Below, one piece after another: positions 35,811-45,510 of a DNA stretch of 63,643 nt. Below the pieces are notes generated by a model, which did not search any database, was not told the DNA's origin, and was given only the letters and a program-made list of their open reading frames with translations. The position numbers and the translations under genes are program-made. Location of the stretch: positions 1 through 63,643 of IMG/VR virus record IMGVR_UViG_3300045999_010097; one strand, 5' to 3'. Origin of the DNA: a virus (lineage: Duplodnaviria; Caudoviricetes). Each line of letters opens with the position of its first letter. The first letter of the stretch is position 1.

Positions 35811-37265
35811 ATGTCTCGAAAAAACTCCAAAGCCCTACCACCGCAAGCGGCTGCGGTATCTACTGTTCAGATCGGCACTCCTGGGCTCGACACCTCCGGT
35901 GGGTGGGTGATGGAGGAGAAGCATCCTCGACTGCGCGGCCGATTGGCGGCGCGGGTCTACGAGGAGATGTCCCAGAACGACGCCGCCCTATCGGCAGCCC
36001 TGTATTCGATTCAGGGCTTTCTTCGGCGCATGAAGTGGCGGGTTACGCCTGCCTCAGGTGAAGACCAAGCCAAGGTCGAAGCCGATTTTGTCAAGTCCTG
36101 CATGGACGATATGGACCAGCCTTGGTCGGATGTTGTTTCGGACATCCTATCTATGTTGATCTACGGGTACTCCCTTCACGAAATTGTATATAAAATCCGC
36201 AAAGGGCCGGGTAAGGTACCTCGATTTCGATCGAAGTTCAACGACGGTCGTGTAGGTTGGCGCAAGATCGACCTACGTGCTCAAAATACTGTAGACCGAT
36301 GGGATATCGCCGAAGATGGTGAGATTCTGGGAGCGTGGCAGGTCACTGACGGGGGTGACTACTACTTGCCCATGAATCGCTGCGTGTTGTTTCGCACGCG
36401 ATCCTACAAGAACAATCCAGAAGGCTACTCTGTGCTACGCGGCGCGTACCGCGCCTGGCATTTCAAGAAGCGCCTAGAAGAAACCGAGGCTGTGGGCCTA
36501 GTTCGGTCCTTGGTCAATCTGCCGAAGATGGAAATCCCGGCTAGATTCATGTCTCCGAGTGCTTCCCCGGCTGAGAAATCGGTTCGTACCCAGTTTGAAA
36601 AAATTGTATCGTTGGTATCGAAGGACCAACTTACGGGACTGGTGCTACCCGCAGAACGAGACGAGCAGGACAAACCCACTGGGTATAAGTTCGAGTTGAT
36701 CGGTGCCGCAGGCAATCAGATGCCTATTGACCCGGTCATTCGCCGATACGACTCGCGAATGCTCATGTCCCTCGCCGCCGAATTCGTATTGCTCGGTACG
36801 GAAAAGACGGGGTCGTTTGCTCTGGCTGCCGAGAAATCCTCGAACTTCACGCGGAGTCTCGAATGGTATGCCGACGTCATTGCTGATGCGTTCAACACCA
36901 CGGTCATTCCTCGCTTGATGGAAGCTAACGGAATCGACCCTATGTACTGGCCCAAGTTGACGCATGACCCCATCGCAGAAGTTGAAGTCCGCGACCTAGG
37001 TCTGTTCTTGAGCCAGGCGGCAGCCGGTGGCTTCATTACGCCAAGTCTCGCGACAGAGAACCGAATTCGCGAACGCACCAACCTGCCTCTGCTCTCGGAA
37101 GAAGAATACGAAGAAGCTCGTGAAGGGGTTTTGGAGCAGCAGAACGGTAATATGGTGCCCTCCGAAGACGAATCGGAAGACGAATCGGAAGACGAATCGG
37201 AAGACGAATCGGAAGACGAATCGGAAGACGAATCGGAAGACGAATCGGAAGACCCTGCCGTGTGA
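35811..37265 (+). CDS. Portal protein (Mu gp29/DUF935-like)
   Basis: Position after terL; YGYSLHEIVY, NPEGYSVLR..Y..W..K, GSFALA. Confidence 0.85.
   Translation: MSRKNSKALPPQAAAVSTVQIGTPGLDTSGGWVMEEKHPRLRGRLAARVYEEMSQNDAALSAALYSIQGFLRRMKWRVTPASGEDQAKVEADFVKSCMDDMDQPWSDVVSDILSMLIYGYSLHEIVYKIRKGPGKVPRFRSKFNDGRVGWRKIDLRAQNTVDRWDIAEDGEILGAWQVTDGGDYYLPMNRCVLFRTRSYKNNPEGYSVLRGAYRAWHFKKRLEETEAVGLVRSLVNLPKMEIPARFMSPSASPAEKSVRTQFEKIVSLVSKDQLTGLVLPAERDEQDKPTGYKFELIGAAGNQMPIDPVIRRYDSRMLMSLAAEFVLLGTEKTGSFALAAEKSSNFTRSLEWYADVIADAFNTTVIPRLMEANGIDPMYWPKLTHDPIAEVEVRDLGLFLSQAAAGGFITPSLATENRIRERTNLPLLSEEEYEEAREGVLEQQNGNMVPSEDESEDESEDESEDESEDESEDESEDESEDPAV
37164..37253. repeat. 12-bp tandem repeat encoding an (EDES)n acidic portal tail
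   Basis: GAAGACGAATCG x7 plus a partial unit. Confidence 0.95.
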
Positions 37266-38935
37266 TAGGATCAATCACGATGCCTCTAACGCCCTCACCT
37301 AACATGTGTCTAAAACCTTCGGCAGCGGTTGTCGGAGAATATGACCTTATGGTGCATGGAGATATTGGCGACTCTTGGTCGGGCGAATCTGTCACAGCAA
37401 AAAAAGTCGTCGAGCAACTACAGAAGTTGCCCAAAGCAACCAAGAAAATCAATATTCGAGTTAACTCGTTTGGTGGTTCTGTAGCGGACGGTTTGGCGAT
37501 TTACAACGCCTTGAGAGAATCCAAAGTCCGAAAAGTAACCATCATCGACGGCGTAGCTGTGTCCGCAGGTTCCCTTATTGCTATGGCAGGGGACGAGATT
37601 CAGGCACCAAAGACTGCCTTGCTGATGATTCATGGCCCCTGGACCACGGTCCAGGGCAACGCCATTGAAATGCGACAGCACGCAGATATCCTCGACAAAT
37701 GGGCAGACGCTATGGTGTCTGCTTACGTGCGTAGGCCAAAGGCGCCTGTCCCGACCGCAGCTATCGACCTGTCGCCTCCGGAAGGTGTTCAGGCCGAGTG
37801 TGCCCGAGGACTGCAATGGCTTGAAGAAGGGCATGGCGGGGACGGTTTGGTTCAGGCCACTATCGATTGGGCGCGTAAACTGGCGGCTGGCCAAAACATT
37901 ACTCCGGAAAAAGCTCGCAAGATGCGAGCATGGTTGGCTCGTCATGAGGTCGACCTTACTGCCGAAGGGGCAAAGCCTGGCGAAAAAGGCTATCCCTCCC
38001 CTGGTCGAGTGGCCTGGGCACTGTGGGGTGGTGACCCTGCTGTGACTTGGTCCGATAAAATCGTGCGTGCCCTAGAGGCCGAAGAAGACCAGGCAAAAGC
38101 CGCCATTCGGTCAAAAACCGAAGAAGAAATTCGGCGTATGCTAAAAGACGGGCAAGATCATTGGTATACTGCTGAGGAAGCCCTTGCGGCTGGTTTTATC
38201 GATTCTTTGATCGAAGAGGACCTCCCGCAACCCGCAAAAGCATGGCTTGAGCGGGCACCAGTTGGATTGCGTGCCGCCGCCATGGCTGCCTTTAGTCGTT
38301 CTGCCCTTTCTCAAACCAAGGAAAACTCTGTGCCCGAAGAACAGAACACCCCGCCCCTCGCCGCGCCTCAGGCGGACGAGCCTGTGACCGAACCCGTTCC
38401 GGAGACGGTGGTTGAAACCCCGGCAGTTGAACCTCAGGTCGTTGAAGCCAAGGTTGACGTTGCGGTGGAGGCCAAGGTCGACATTGACGCCATTCGCGCC
38501 AAGATTGAGGCTGAGTTCCAGGCTAAACTAGCGGCTGTCGAGGCTGAAAAAGTCGAAGCTCAGGCGCGCCTGGCACAGGAAATCGAAGCCAAGGAAGTGC
38601 GTGCCGCTGTTGCAGAGGCCGCTTCGATCTACGCCAATCTTCCCGGCAAACCCGAGGAGATGGGTCCGGCAATTCGAACTTTGCGTAAGACCGCCCCCGA
38701 GGCAGCGGCTGTGCTTGAGGCTACGCTCAAAGCGGCCAACGGGCTGTTGGTTCAGCTTATCGAGCCCCGTGGCGTTACCCAAGCCGAAGGTCTAAGCCCT
38801 GTGCAGGAAGTCGACCGTCTAGCCAAAGGGCTAATGGCGGCTAACCCAAATCTCACCATCGAGCAGGCCCGCACGAAGGTGTATACTGAAAACCCGAAGA
38901 TGCTTGCCGCCGTTCGCGGTGAGAATGAGGTCTGA
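37262..38935 (+). CDS. ClpP-like (S14) head maturation protease fused to scaffold; start may be ATG 37280; possible nested scaffold start GTG 38330
   Basis: INIRVNSFGGSV, DGVAVSAGSLIAMAGD, MIHGP, WYTAEEALAAGFID; Pro/Glu-rich linker then coiled coil; AAGGA before in-frame GTG 38330. Confidence 0.9.
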   Translation: MIGSITMPLTPSPNMCLKPSAAVVGEYDLMVHGDIGDSWSGESVTAKKVVEQLQKLPKATKKINIRVNSFGGSVADGLAIYNALRESKVRKVTIIDGVAVSAGSLIAMAGDEIQAPKTALLMIHGPWTTVQGNAIEMRQHADILDKWADAMVSAYVRRPKAPVPTAAIDLSPPEGVQAECARGLQWLEEGHGGDGLVQATIDWARKLAAGQNITPEKARKMRAWLARHEVDLTAEGAKPGEKGYPSPGRVAWALWGGDPAVTWSDKIVRALEAEEDQAKAAIRSKTEEEIRRMLKDGQDHWYTAEEALAAGFIDSLIEEDLPQPAKAWLERAPVGLRAAAMAAFSRSALSQTKENSVPEEQNTPPLAAPQADEPVTEPVPETVVETPAVEPQVVEAKVDVAVEAKVDIDAIRAKIEAEFQAKLAAVEAEKVEAQARLAQEIEAKEVRAAVAEAASIYANLPGKPEEMGPAIRTLRKTAPEAAAVLEATLKAANGLLVQLIEPRGVTQAEGLSPVQEVDRLAKGLMAANPNLTIEQARTKVYTENPKMLAAVRGENEV

Positions 38936-38938
38936 ATC

Positions 38939-39343
38939 ATGGCAGTTGGTTACAAGAATCTCCACACCAAGTCTTTCACCGCTGCTTCGGCGATGTCGGC
39001 GGCTTCGGCGCAGTTCTGTGTCGTGAAGCTTGTCGCCACTGGCGTGGCCCCGTGTGATTCCAATACGGATGTTCCTCTTGGTGTTCTTCAAAACAGCCCC
39101 GCGCTAGGCGAGCCCGCGCTCGTCGCTCTGTCGGGAGAAACCAAGCTCCGTGTCGGTGCCGCTGATATCGCTCGCGGTGCTCGCGTGGCGGCGGACTCGA
39201 CCGGTCGCGCTATCGCGGTGGTGGCCGGAACGTCGACCGGGTTCTACCCGATCGGTACGGTTCTGTCGATCGACGCGGCGGACAACGACGGGGCTCTGGT
39301 GAGTGCCGTTGTTGATTGCACCAACACCCACCGAAACCTCTGA
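38939..39343 (+). CDS. Capsid decoration/cement protein (DUF2190-like)
   Basis: Small Gly/Ala-rich protein before the MCP; PLGVLQN...G.RV.ADSTGRA. Confidence 0.75.
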   Translation: MAVGYKNLHTKSFTAASAMSAASAQFCVVKLVATGVAPCDSNTDVPLGVLQNSPALGEPALVALSGETKLRVGAADIARGARVAADSTGRAIAVVAGTSTGFYPIGTVLSIDAADNDGALVSAVVDCTNTHRNL

Positions 39344-39374
39344 ACTAACCACCTGAGTTCCTGAAAGGACCCAC

Positions 39375-40337
39375 ATGTCTCAACCCAATCGTACCCAGAC
39401 TCATATCGACCGTCCGTTGACGGACATGTCGATCGGGTTTCTCCAGAACCCCGGTGACTTCATTGCTCGGCGCGTGTTGCCGATCAAGACCGTTGCCAAG
39501 CAATCGGATCGTTTCTTCAAGTTCGTCGCGGCGGACTTCGCCCGTGACGATGCCCAACTCCGCATGGCGGGCGAGGAGTCGAACGGCTCGGGCTTCACCC
39601 TGTCGAACGACACGTACTTCGCTGAGAAGTACGCTCTGCACGTCGACCTGTCCTATGACGAGCTAGTCAATCAAGACGAAGCCGTTGAGCTAGAAGCGAA
39701 CTCGGTTGAGTTCCTGGCTCACCAGATGCTCATCAAGCACGAGCGCCTCTTCGCAGCGGCTTGCTGGGCGACGGGTGTTTGGGCTGAGAACGTGACCGGC
39801 GCGGCCACCACGAAGTGGGATGACTACACGGGATCCAACCCGATCCAGGTCATCGACCGAGCCAAGCGCAACGTGCATCTCAAGTCCTTTAAGACGCCGA
39901 ACAAGCTGATTCTTGGTCATGATGTGTACCTCGCCCTGAAAGAGCACCCCGATCTGGTCAGCCGAGTCCAGTACACCTCGGACGCTTCGATCGACACGAC
40001 CCTTATGGCTCGCCGTTTTGGTGTCGATGAGGTCATCGTTGCTAAGGGTGTGCTCAACTCGGCTTCGGAGGGCAAGGACGCCACCATGGGTTACCTGCTT
40101 GACCCGAAGTCGGCCCTGCTGCTGCACAGCCCGCCGTCGGTTGGTCGTATGACCGCTGCCGCTGCCGTGTCGTTTGCGTGGACCGGTGCGCCGAACCTCC
40201 CGCGCCCCATGGGTGTGGTCAGCCGTCGGTTTGAGATGGACGAGCTTCAGTCTCGCCGCATCGAGACTGAGATTGCTGTTGACGTCAAGATCACGGGCGC
40301 GGACCTCGGTGTGTTCTTCGCCGGTATCGTTGACTGA
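39375..40337 (+). CDS. Major capsid protein
   Basis: Size, position, strong codon bias, W.D...NPI..I, PNKLILG..VY.AL.EHP; followed by a terminator. Confidence 0.85.
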   Translation: MSQPNRTQTHIDRPLTDMSIGFLQNPGDFIARRVLPIKTVAKQSDRFFKFVAADFARDDAQLRMAGEESNGSGFTLSNDTYFAEKYALHVDLSYDELVNQDEAVELEANSVEFLAHQMLIKHERLFAAACWATGVWAENVTGAATTKWDDYTGSNPIQVIDRAKRNVHLKSFKTPNKLILGHDVYLALKEHPDLVSRVQYTSDASIDTTLMARRFGVDEVIVAKGVLNSASEGKDATMGYLLDPKSALLLHSPPSVGRMTAAAAVSFAWTGAPNLPRPMGVVSRRFEMDELQSRRIETEIAVDVKITGADLGVFFAGIVD

Positions 40338-40380
40338 GCATACCGTCCGGGCCTGTGAAGGCTCACTCGGACGGTGTTTA

Positions 40381-40414
40381 TAGGAGCCGGGAGCAATCCC
40401 GGCTCCTACCTTTT
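40381..40414 (+). terminator. Rho-independent terminator after the MCP (likely bidirectional)
   Basis: TAGGAGCCGGGA-GCAA-TCCCGGCTCCTA-CCTTTT; a second hairpin ACCGTCCG...CGGACGGT lies just upstream. Confidence 0.85.
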
Positions 40415-40872
40415 CAGCACCACCAAGTAGGGACACTGGTCTTCCATGTAGCGAAGCGAGCCTTTTCCCCACGGTAGAAAGCTCTGTAAGCAGCAACAGG
40501 GTCCACCTGTCGATATTGGTCAGGCATAGCTTGAGCGAAACAAGGCATTTCGCCAGAAGGCAGTTGCAAAGGCAGGCTTGCAATTTGCTCGATGACATCC
40601 TTGCTTTTGTGCTCCTTACCGTATCTAACACGGTATTCTTCGCACAAAGCCAGGCCATGCACAACTAACCATTCAAAGGCTCGTTTGGTTGAACCCGCCC
40701 AAATAGTACATGGGTGATTCTTGTGCGTCATACGATAGGGGGCTGTAAAACCGTTGACGAGGGCGACTGTACACAACATTTGTGCCGACTCTAAGGGCAT
40801 CTTAACTACGTGTTTATCACATTGGTCCTGAGCGGCGACGATAGGGTCTTGGTTGAGAACGAAGATGTTCAC
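40414..40872 (-). CDS. Pyrimidine dimer DNA glycosylase family protein
   Basis: NIFVL..DP..AA...CDKHVVKMPLESAQML, THKNHPCTIW, EY..RYGK.H, QAMP; GTG start after AGGAGG. Confidence 0.8.
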   Translation of the reverse strand: MNIFVLNQDPIVAAQDQCDKHVVKMPLESAQMLCTVALVNGFTAPYRMTHKNHPCTIWAGSTKRAFEWLVVHGLALCEEYRVRYGKEHKSKDVIEQIASLPLQLPSGEMPCFAQAMPDQYRQVDPVAAYRAFYRGEKARFATWKTSVPTWWC

Positions 40873-40935
40873 GGGACCTCCTTTCCTGTTAGTAACCACG
40901 CAAAGACCTGTGACAAGGCGTGGTATCATGAACAC

Positions 40936-41139
40936 ATGAAGTTCTCTGTGCTACGCGAAGCGAAGTTGGACGGACTGGTTCGTCGCCGTGGGGAGGTTAT
41001 TGACCTCGAACCCACCCTTAAGACGCAGCAACTCGTCGACCTACGCTACATTCTTCCGGCCGACGATACGGTTGCTTCCGTTGCTGGCCCCACTGATACC
41101 CCTAAGCGTGGTCGTTTGGCCACGAAACAAAAGGATTGA
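40936..41139 (+). CDS. Small head-associated hypothetical protein
   Basis: ATG 40936 just after TGGTATCAT (-10-like); RGEVIDL motif. Confidence 0.55.
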   Translation: MKFSVLREAKLDGLVRRRGEVIDLEPTLKTQQLVDLRYILPADDTVASVAGPTDTPKRGRLATKQKD

Positions 41140-41142
41140 CCC

Positions 41143-41610
41143 ATGGGTGTGACTCGTATTTCCAAGGGCCGTGTGGCCGCAGGTACCGTTGATGCTGACG
41201 GTCTCTCCGTTCGTTCGCTTCGTATCCCGCTGCGCCCCACGGCGAATAACAGCCAAGTTACTACGGGTAAGAGGGTTCCGAGGAACTCGGCGATCCTAAA
41301 TGCCTACGTCAAAATGACGAGCGGTGCTTCGGCGGCGACGCTCGGGGCGTCGCTTTTGAATGTGGGTATTACTACCGCTACGATTGGGTTGCTGAACAAC
41401 CTCAACATTGCCACGGCGGGTATCAAGCTCGGCTCGCTAGCGAGCGCTGTTACGGTGACGCAAGGTGCCTTTCTACAAGAAGTCACGTCTTCGGGACCGG
41501 CTCCGAAGCCGTATGCGGTTGATGCAGACGTCGAAATTACGTATGCTACGCTGGCCCCCAGCCCGAACCTTAACGGTGAATTGATCATCGAGTATCGCGT
41601 GCTGGGGTGA
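41143..41610 (+). CDS. Putative virion structural protein
   Basis: Ser/Thr/Ala-rich, structural region, AAGGA RBS. Confidence 0.6.
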   Translation: MGVTRISKGRVAAGTVDADGLSVRSLRIPLRPTANNSQVTTGKRVPRNSAILNAYVKMTSGASAATLGASLLNVGITTATIGLLNNLNIATAGIKLGSLASAVTVTQGAFLQEVTSSGPAPKPYAVDADVEITYATLAPSPNLNGELIIEYRVLG

Positions 41611-41755
41611 CATGTGATTATCATCCTCGATTCGACTGGTGAAGAAATCGAGCGAGTTGAGGATGTGTCGGTGGAGCCTGTCGTCGATTTACGATGGCAG
41701 GCTCTATCCTTGTCACTAGATACACATAGTTTAACGAACCCAGACGAGGATTAAT

Positions 41756-42157
41756 ATGGCTGTCCGAATCGCTAACAGTGTCCGTAACACCCGAGTAGAC
41801 GCAATCCGCACAGCTATCGACGCTGGCGCAGGCGCGGGTCTTCTGCGTATCTACTCGGGCACCAAACCGGCGAAGGGCGGCACGCCAGCGGGCACCTTGC
41901 TCGCTGAGCTGACGTGCGCCGACCCATGCGGGTCGTCGTCGTCTGGCGTGCTGACGTTCACCGTGCCTTTCTCGGACACGTCGGCGAACGCCACGGGCAC
42001 GGCGGCGTTTTTCTACCTCGTCGATTCGACGGGCACCTTCGTGTGCGACGGCGATTGCGGCACCTCGGGCAGCGACCTCAACTTGACGACGCTGTCAATC
42101 GTCTCGGGACAGCCGGTTCAGGTGACCAGCTTGACCATCACCGACGGGAATAACTGA
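41756..42157 (+). CDS. Putative virion structural protein
   Basis: LRIYSGT.P...LLAEL, A.ATGTA.FF, DG.C...G.DL.L pattern of small phage structural proteins. Confidence 0.65.
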   Translation: MAVRIANSVRNTRVDAIRTAIDAGAGAGLLRIYSGTKPAKGGTPAGTLLAELTCADPCGSSSSGVLTFTVPFSDTSANATGTAAFFYLVDSTGTFVCDGDCGTSGSDLNLTTLSIVSGQPVQVTSLTITDGNN

Positions 42158-42573
42158 TGCCTGACAATGTCGGATACACACCGGGATCGGGCGCCACGAT
42201 TGCAGCCGATGACGTCGGTGGCGCACTGTATCAGCGCGTCAAGCTCGCGACGGGCGCCGATGGGGTTATCGAGGGCGACGTCTCGCCCGCGAATCCTATG
42301 CCGATTCAGGAAGTCAGCGGGGCCATGTCGTGGCTGCGCCGTATCTTCGATCGGCTCTCGTCGCCGCCTGCCTACGACAGCTCGCTGGACCGCTCGCGCG
42401 GTACGGTCGTCGTCGAAAGTGGCACCGTGACGACGGTGAGCACCGTGACGACATGCACAACGGTCACGACGGTGGCCGGACTCACCAACATCGACGGCCG
42501 CAGCGGCGCAATGCTGATCGACCAGACCAACCTGTCGGCGTGGGCAAATTGTCACCGCGCACGAATCACCTGA
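42157..42573 (+). CDS. Hypothetical virion-region protein
   Basis: TGATG-coupled; VTTVSTVTT repeats. Confidence 0.6.
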   Translation: MPDNVGYTPGSGATIAADDVGGALYQRVKLATGADGVIEGDVSPANPMPIQEVSGAMSWLRRIFDRLSSPPAYDSSLDRSRGTVVVESGTVTTVSTVTTCTTVTTVAGLTNIDGRSGAMLIDQTNLSAWANCHRARIT

Positions 42574-42582
42574 GGAAACGAC

Positions 42583-44196
42583 ATGGCCAACACGTTCAAA
42601 AAAGTCATCGATCGCATGATCTGGGCGCAGATTGCGCCCGCGCCAAACGCGCACGCTGCTGGCTCGTCGATGTGCTGGGACATGAGAAACGACGCCAGCC
42701 GAAATCCGTTCGTTTACAATCTCATCTCGGCGACGGTGTTGAACCGGCTCAATATCGTCACCAAAGCGTGGCAACTTGCTGTCTCTCCCAGCGTCTCGGC
42801 CGTGGCTGCATCGTCGACGTCGTGCTTTGTTCCGTCGTTCGGCGCGGTCGGCACGATCGCGGCCGGCGCCACGACGACAAGCGTTGTCCTCTCGACGGCA
42901 CTGGCGACGGCTCCCGGCGTCAACATGTTGGCCAATCGTGGCGGGTCCGGCGAACTCGGCTTCAAACTTCGGATCATCGATACGGTAGCGGGCAAAACAG
43001 AAGAGCGATGGATCGTCGCCAACACGGCATCGACGACGCCGACGATTCACGTCGATGCAGCTTTCACCTTCACTCCGTCGACTGGCGCACGCTACGAGAT
43101 CCTCGGTGGCCGTGTGTTCATGCTCGGGTCCGGCGCAATTGCGGCGACGTCGTGGCGTATCTTCGAGGTGATGACAAACTCGTTGACGAACGGCGGCAAC
43201 ACCAACTTGCCGACGATCGCGACTGATTCAGCGCTCCTCGTCATGGACGAGCAATACGTTCCCTACGACCACAAACCCGGCGAAGGCATGGTCAAAGGCG
43301 CCACGGTCTACGACGCCTCGCCAGCGGGCCAAGGGCTCGTCGCGTTGCTTGCGACGGCGTCGGGTGCGTCGACGATCACTGGTCAGGCGACGGGCGGTGA
43401 CGCCGTCGTCGCGATCAACGAATATCGCAATTTCCAGGTCCGCATCGTCGCTGACCCGACGACGCCGGGAAGCGTTGGTCAGCGCCGAATCATTGCCAGC
43501 CACACGGCGGGACCATCGGCGGTCTACACGCTTGGCGCCGCTTGGACGACACAGCCGTCGTCGTCGGCGCGTTTCGTGATTGAGCAACCAAACCAAATCG
43601 TGTTGCGCACGGCGGGCAACACGACGACCTACACATACAACTACACCGACGCCACGCAAAACAACGGTACGAACTCAATCGCCGCAAACGCGTGGTCAAC
43701 GACGTATTTTGCCGTCGGGCCAGCGGTCAACGCGATCGGGTGCATGTGGATGCCTAGTTTTGGTATCCAGCCCGATGTGGCGCGCCTTGCGCGACACAGT
43801 CACAATTTTTTCTGGCGCGGCAACGCGACAACGATCGACCTCCTCGACATCGCTGGGAGCACGACAGGCACATGGACCGGCGGCGTTACCTACGATGGCG
43901 TTTCGCTTGCGCCTGCTGCTGGCTCGACGTCGTGCTACGCCCCTTACGACCAAGAGGGGCGCTTCAGCTACGTCAACATCTACGTCGCCAGCGCCATCAA
44001 TCAAATCTTCCGATTTGACGCCAAAAACCGCGTTCTGTCGCCGTATACGCCGACAGGATTCATCCAAGCCGGAACGGCGACACAGGGCGGGCGCATGGCG
44101 TCGTATTGCGCGATCGACGGCACTGACAAGTACAGCGTCGTGCTGTTGCAGTCGCACCTCTCCACAATCAGCCAAGAGCTTATCCCCCTCGTGTGA
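42583..44196 (+). CDS. Hypothetical Ser/Thr-rich beta-rich protein with internal duplication (possible fibre or decoration)
   Basis: GAGG RBS; two copies of R.I.A.TA...P....Y/F.I module. Confidence 0.7.
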   Translation: MANTFKKVIDRMIWAQIAPAPNAHAAGSSMCWDMRNDASRNPFVYNLISATVLNRLNIVTKAWQLAVSPSVSAVAASSTSCFVPSFGAVGTIAAGATTTSVVLSTALATAPGVNMLANRGGSGELGFKLRIIDTVAGKTEERWIVANTASTTPTIHVDAAFTFTPSTGARYEILGGRVFMLGSGAIAATSWRIFEVMTNSLTNGGNTNLPTIATDSALLVMDEQYVPYDHKPGEGMVKGATVYDASPAGQGLVALLATASGASTITGQATGGDAVVAINEYRNFQVRIVADPTTPGSVGQRRIIASHTAGPSAVYTLGAAWTTQPSSSARFVIEQPNQIVLRTAGNTTTYTYNYTDATQNNGTNSIAANAWSTTYFAVGPAVNAIGCMWMPSFGIQPDVARLARHSHNFFWRGNATTIDLLDIAGSTTGTWTGGVTYDGVSLAPAAGSTSCYAPYDQEGRFSYVNIYVASAINQIFRFDAKNRVLSPYTPTGFIQAGTATQGGRMASYCAIDGTDKYSVVLLQSHLSTISQELIPLV

Positions 44197-44204
44197 GGTC
44201 TTCC

Positions 44205-44369
44205 ATGTCGATTGAAGAGTTGATTGAGCTTGTCAGACGCAAGCTCACGTCGCTGAGCGGGGCACGATCGCATGCGTACCTCATCGGCGATATCGAGGCT
44301 GTCGTCGATCTGGACGCCAAAATTGAAACCACACAGACATCGTTGGACCAACTTCTAACGCTGGTGTGA
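44205..44369 (+). CDS. Small helical protein
   Basis: GAGG RBS, MSIEELIELVRRKL... (54 aa, below the track cutoff). Confidence 0.55.
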   Translation: MSIEELIELVRRKLTSLSGARSHAYLIGDIEAVVDLDAKIETTQTSLDQLLTLV

Positions 44370-44373
44370 CGAC

Positions 44374-45198
44374 GTGCTGCTAACGCTGCTTTCTGGCGTT
44401 AGCTTTGCGGGCGTGAGTGCCTCGGGCACGATCACGCTCGATAGCGTCGGCGTCGCTGGCGACGGCACACAGACGCATATCGCGACGGGGGGTATCACCC
44501 TCGACGAAGTCACGGTAGCAGGATCGGGAACCGTCGGTTCTGGCGTCGACGCCACGGGTGCCATCACTCTTGACAGCGTGACCTTTGCGGGCTCTGGTCA
44601 GCAGACCCACGTTGGTACGGGCGCCATCACCCTCGACGACGTGGCGGTCATCGGCGCGGGCGATGTCGGCTCGGCAAGCGTTGACGGCACCGGCGCAATC
44701 ACTCTCGACAGCGTCACGGTTGCAGGGTTCGGCTCACCGGTTGTCGACGTAACTGGCGCCATCACGCTCGATACCGTCACGGTTGACGGGTCCGGAACAC
44801 AAACCCACATTGCCACAGGGGGCCTTACCCTTGATGACGTTGGCGTATCCGGTAACGTAGCCGAGGTTGTTTTTGGTACCGGGTCGCCGATTCTCAGTGA
44901 TGCTACTGTAATTGGTTCGGGTACGCAAACCCACGTTGCTACGGGGTCTATCGCTCTAGATTCGCTTAGTTTGCAAGCAGACGGCACTCTGACTCTACTG
45001 GGTCAAGGCGCGGTTTTGTTGGATGCTGCTGTTCTTACCGCATCAGGGTCTCAACCTGCTATTTTCGACGTACCGACAAGATTTCGTTTTCGCGGCGAAG
45101 AGGTTCTTGTTCTACCGGCGCGGACGACGCTGCACACAGCCTCCACAGGAGTGGGTGTGCGCATCGAAATCGTTTCGGGCCGCACAACAGTTCTTTAG
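44374..45198 (+). CDS. Repeat protein (~21-25 aa TGAITLD.V.V.GSG repeats), likely fibre or spike
   Basis: About 9 imperfect repeats. Confidence 0.7.
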   Translation: MLLTLLSGVSFAGVSASGTITLDSVGVAGDGTQTHIATGGITLDEVTVAGSGTVGSGVDATGAITLDSVTFAGSGQQTHVGTGAITLDDVAVIGAGDVGSASVDGTGAITLDSVTVAGFGSPVVDVTGAITLDTVTVDGSGTQTHIATGGLTLDDVGVSGNVAEVVFGTGSPILSDATVIGSGTQTHVATGSIALDSLSLQADGTLTLLGQGAVLLDAAVLTASGSQPAIFDVPTRFRFRGEEVLVLPARTTLHTASTGVGVRIEIVSGRTTVL

Positions 45199-45213
45199 GG
45201 GGTATAATCAGGC

Positions 45214-45510
45214 ATGGCCTTTTCTCCCAAAACACCAACCGAAATTGTTCGCTACGGATTCAATTTCGGGGCGCTCATTCAACACGGAGAAAGTGTTGCC
45301 ACTTCGACGTGGAGTATTGTAACTTCAGGGGCCTCGCCGGTTTCGGCGGCCTCCATGTTGTTTGGCAGCCCTATCGTCGATTTGTCCCCTGTAGTACGGC
45401 ATTTAGTGCAAGGGGGACAGAACGGCACGACTTACATTGTCGGCTGTCGCATCACCACTAGCGAAGGTCAGATTCTTGAGACGGCCACGACGTTGGGAGT
45501 AAGTCAATGA
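45214..45510 (+). CDS. Small virion protein (head/neck accessory)
   Basis: K.P.E...Y.F.F, GG..G.TY.V.C.ITT..G pattern. Confidence 0.6.
   Translation: MAFSPKTPTEIVRYGFNFGALIQHGESVATSTWSIVTSGASPVSAASMLFGSPIVDLSPVVRHLVQGGQNGTTYIVGCRITTSEGQILETATTLGVSQ

Noticed and set aside
37164-37253. 12-bp tandem repeat as a CRISPR array
   Set aside because: No spacers; in-frame coding repeat (EDES)n
37740-38120. Intein in the head protease
   Set aside because: No N-terminal Cys/Ser block or C-terminal HN-(C/S/T) motif
39690-40664. Long antisense ORFs (e.g. 39690-40664, 42118-43050, 60828-61793)
   Set aside because: Shadow frames of well-supported genes in GC-rich, codon-biased DNA
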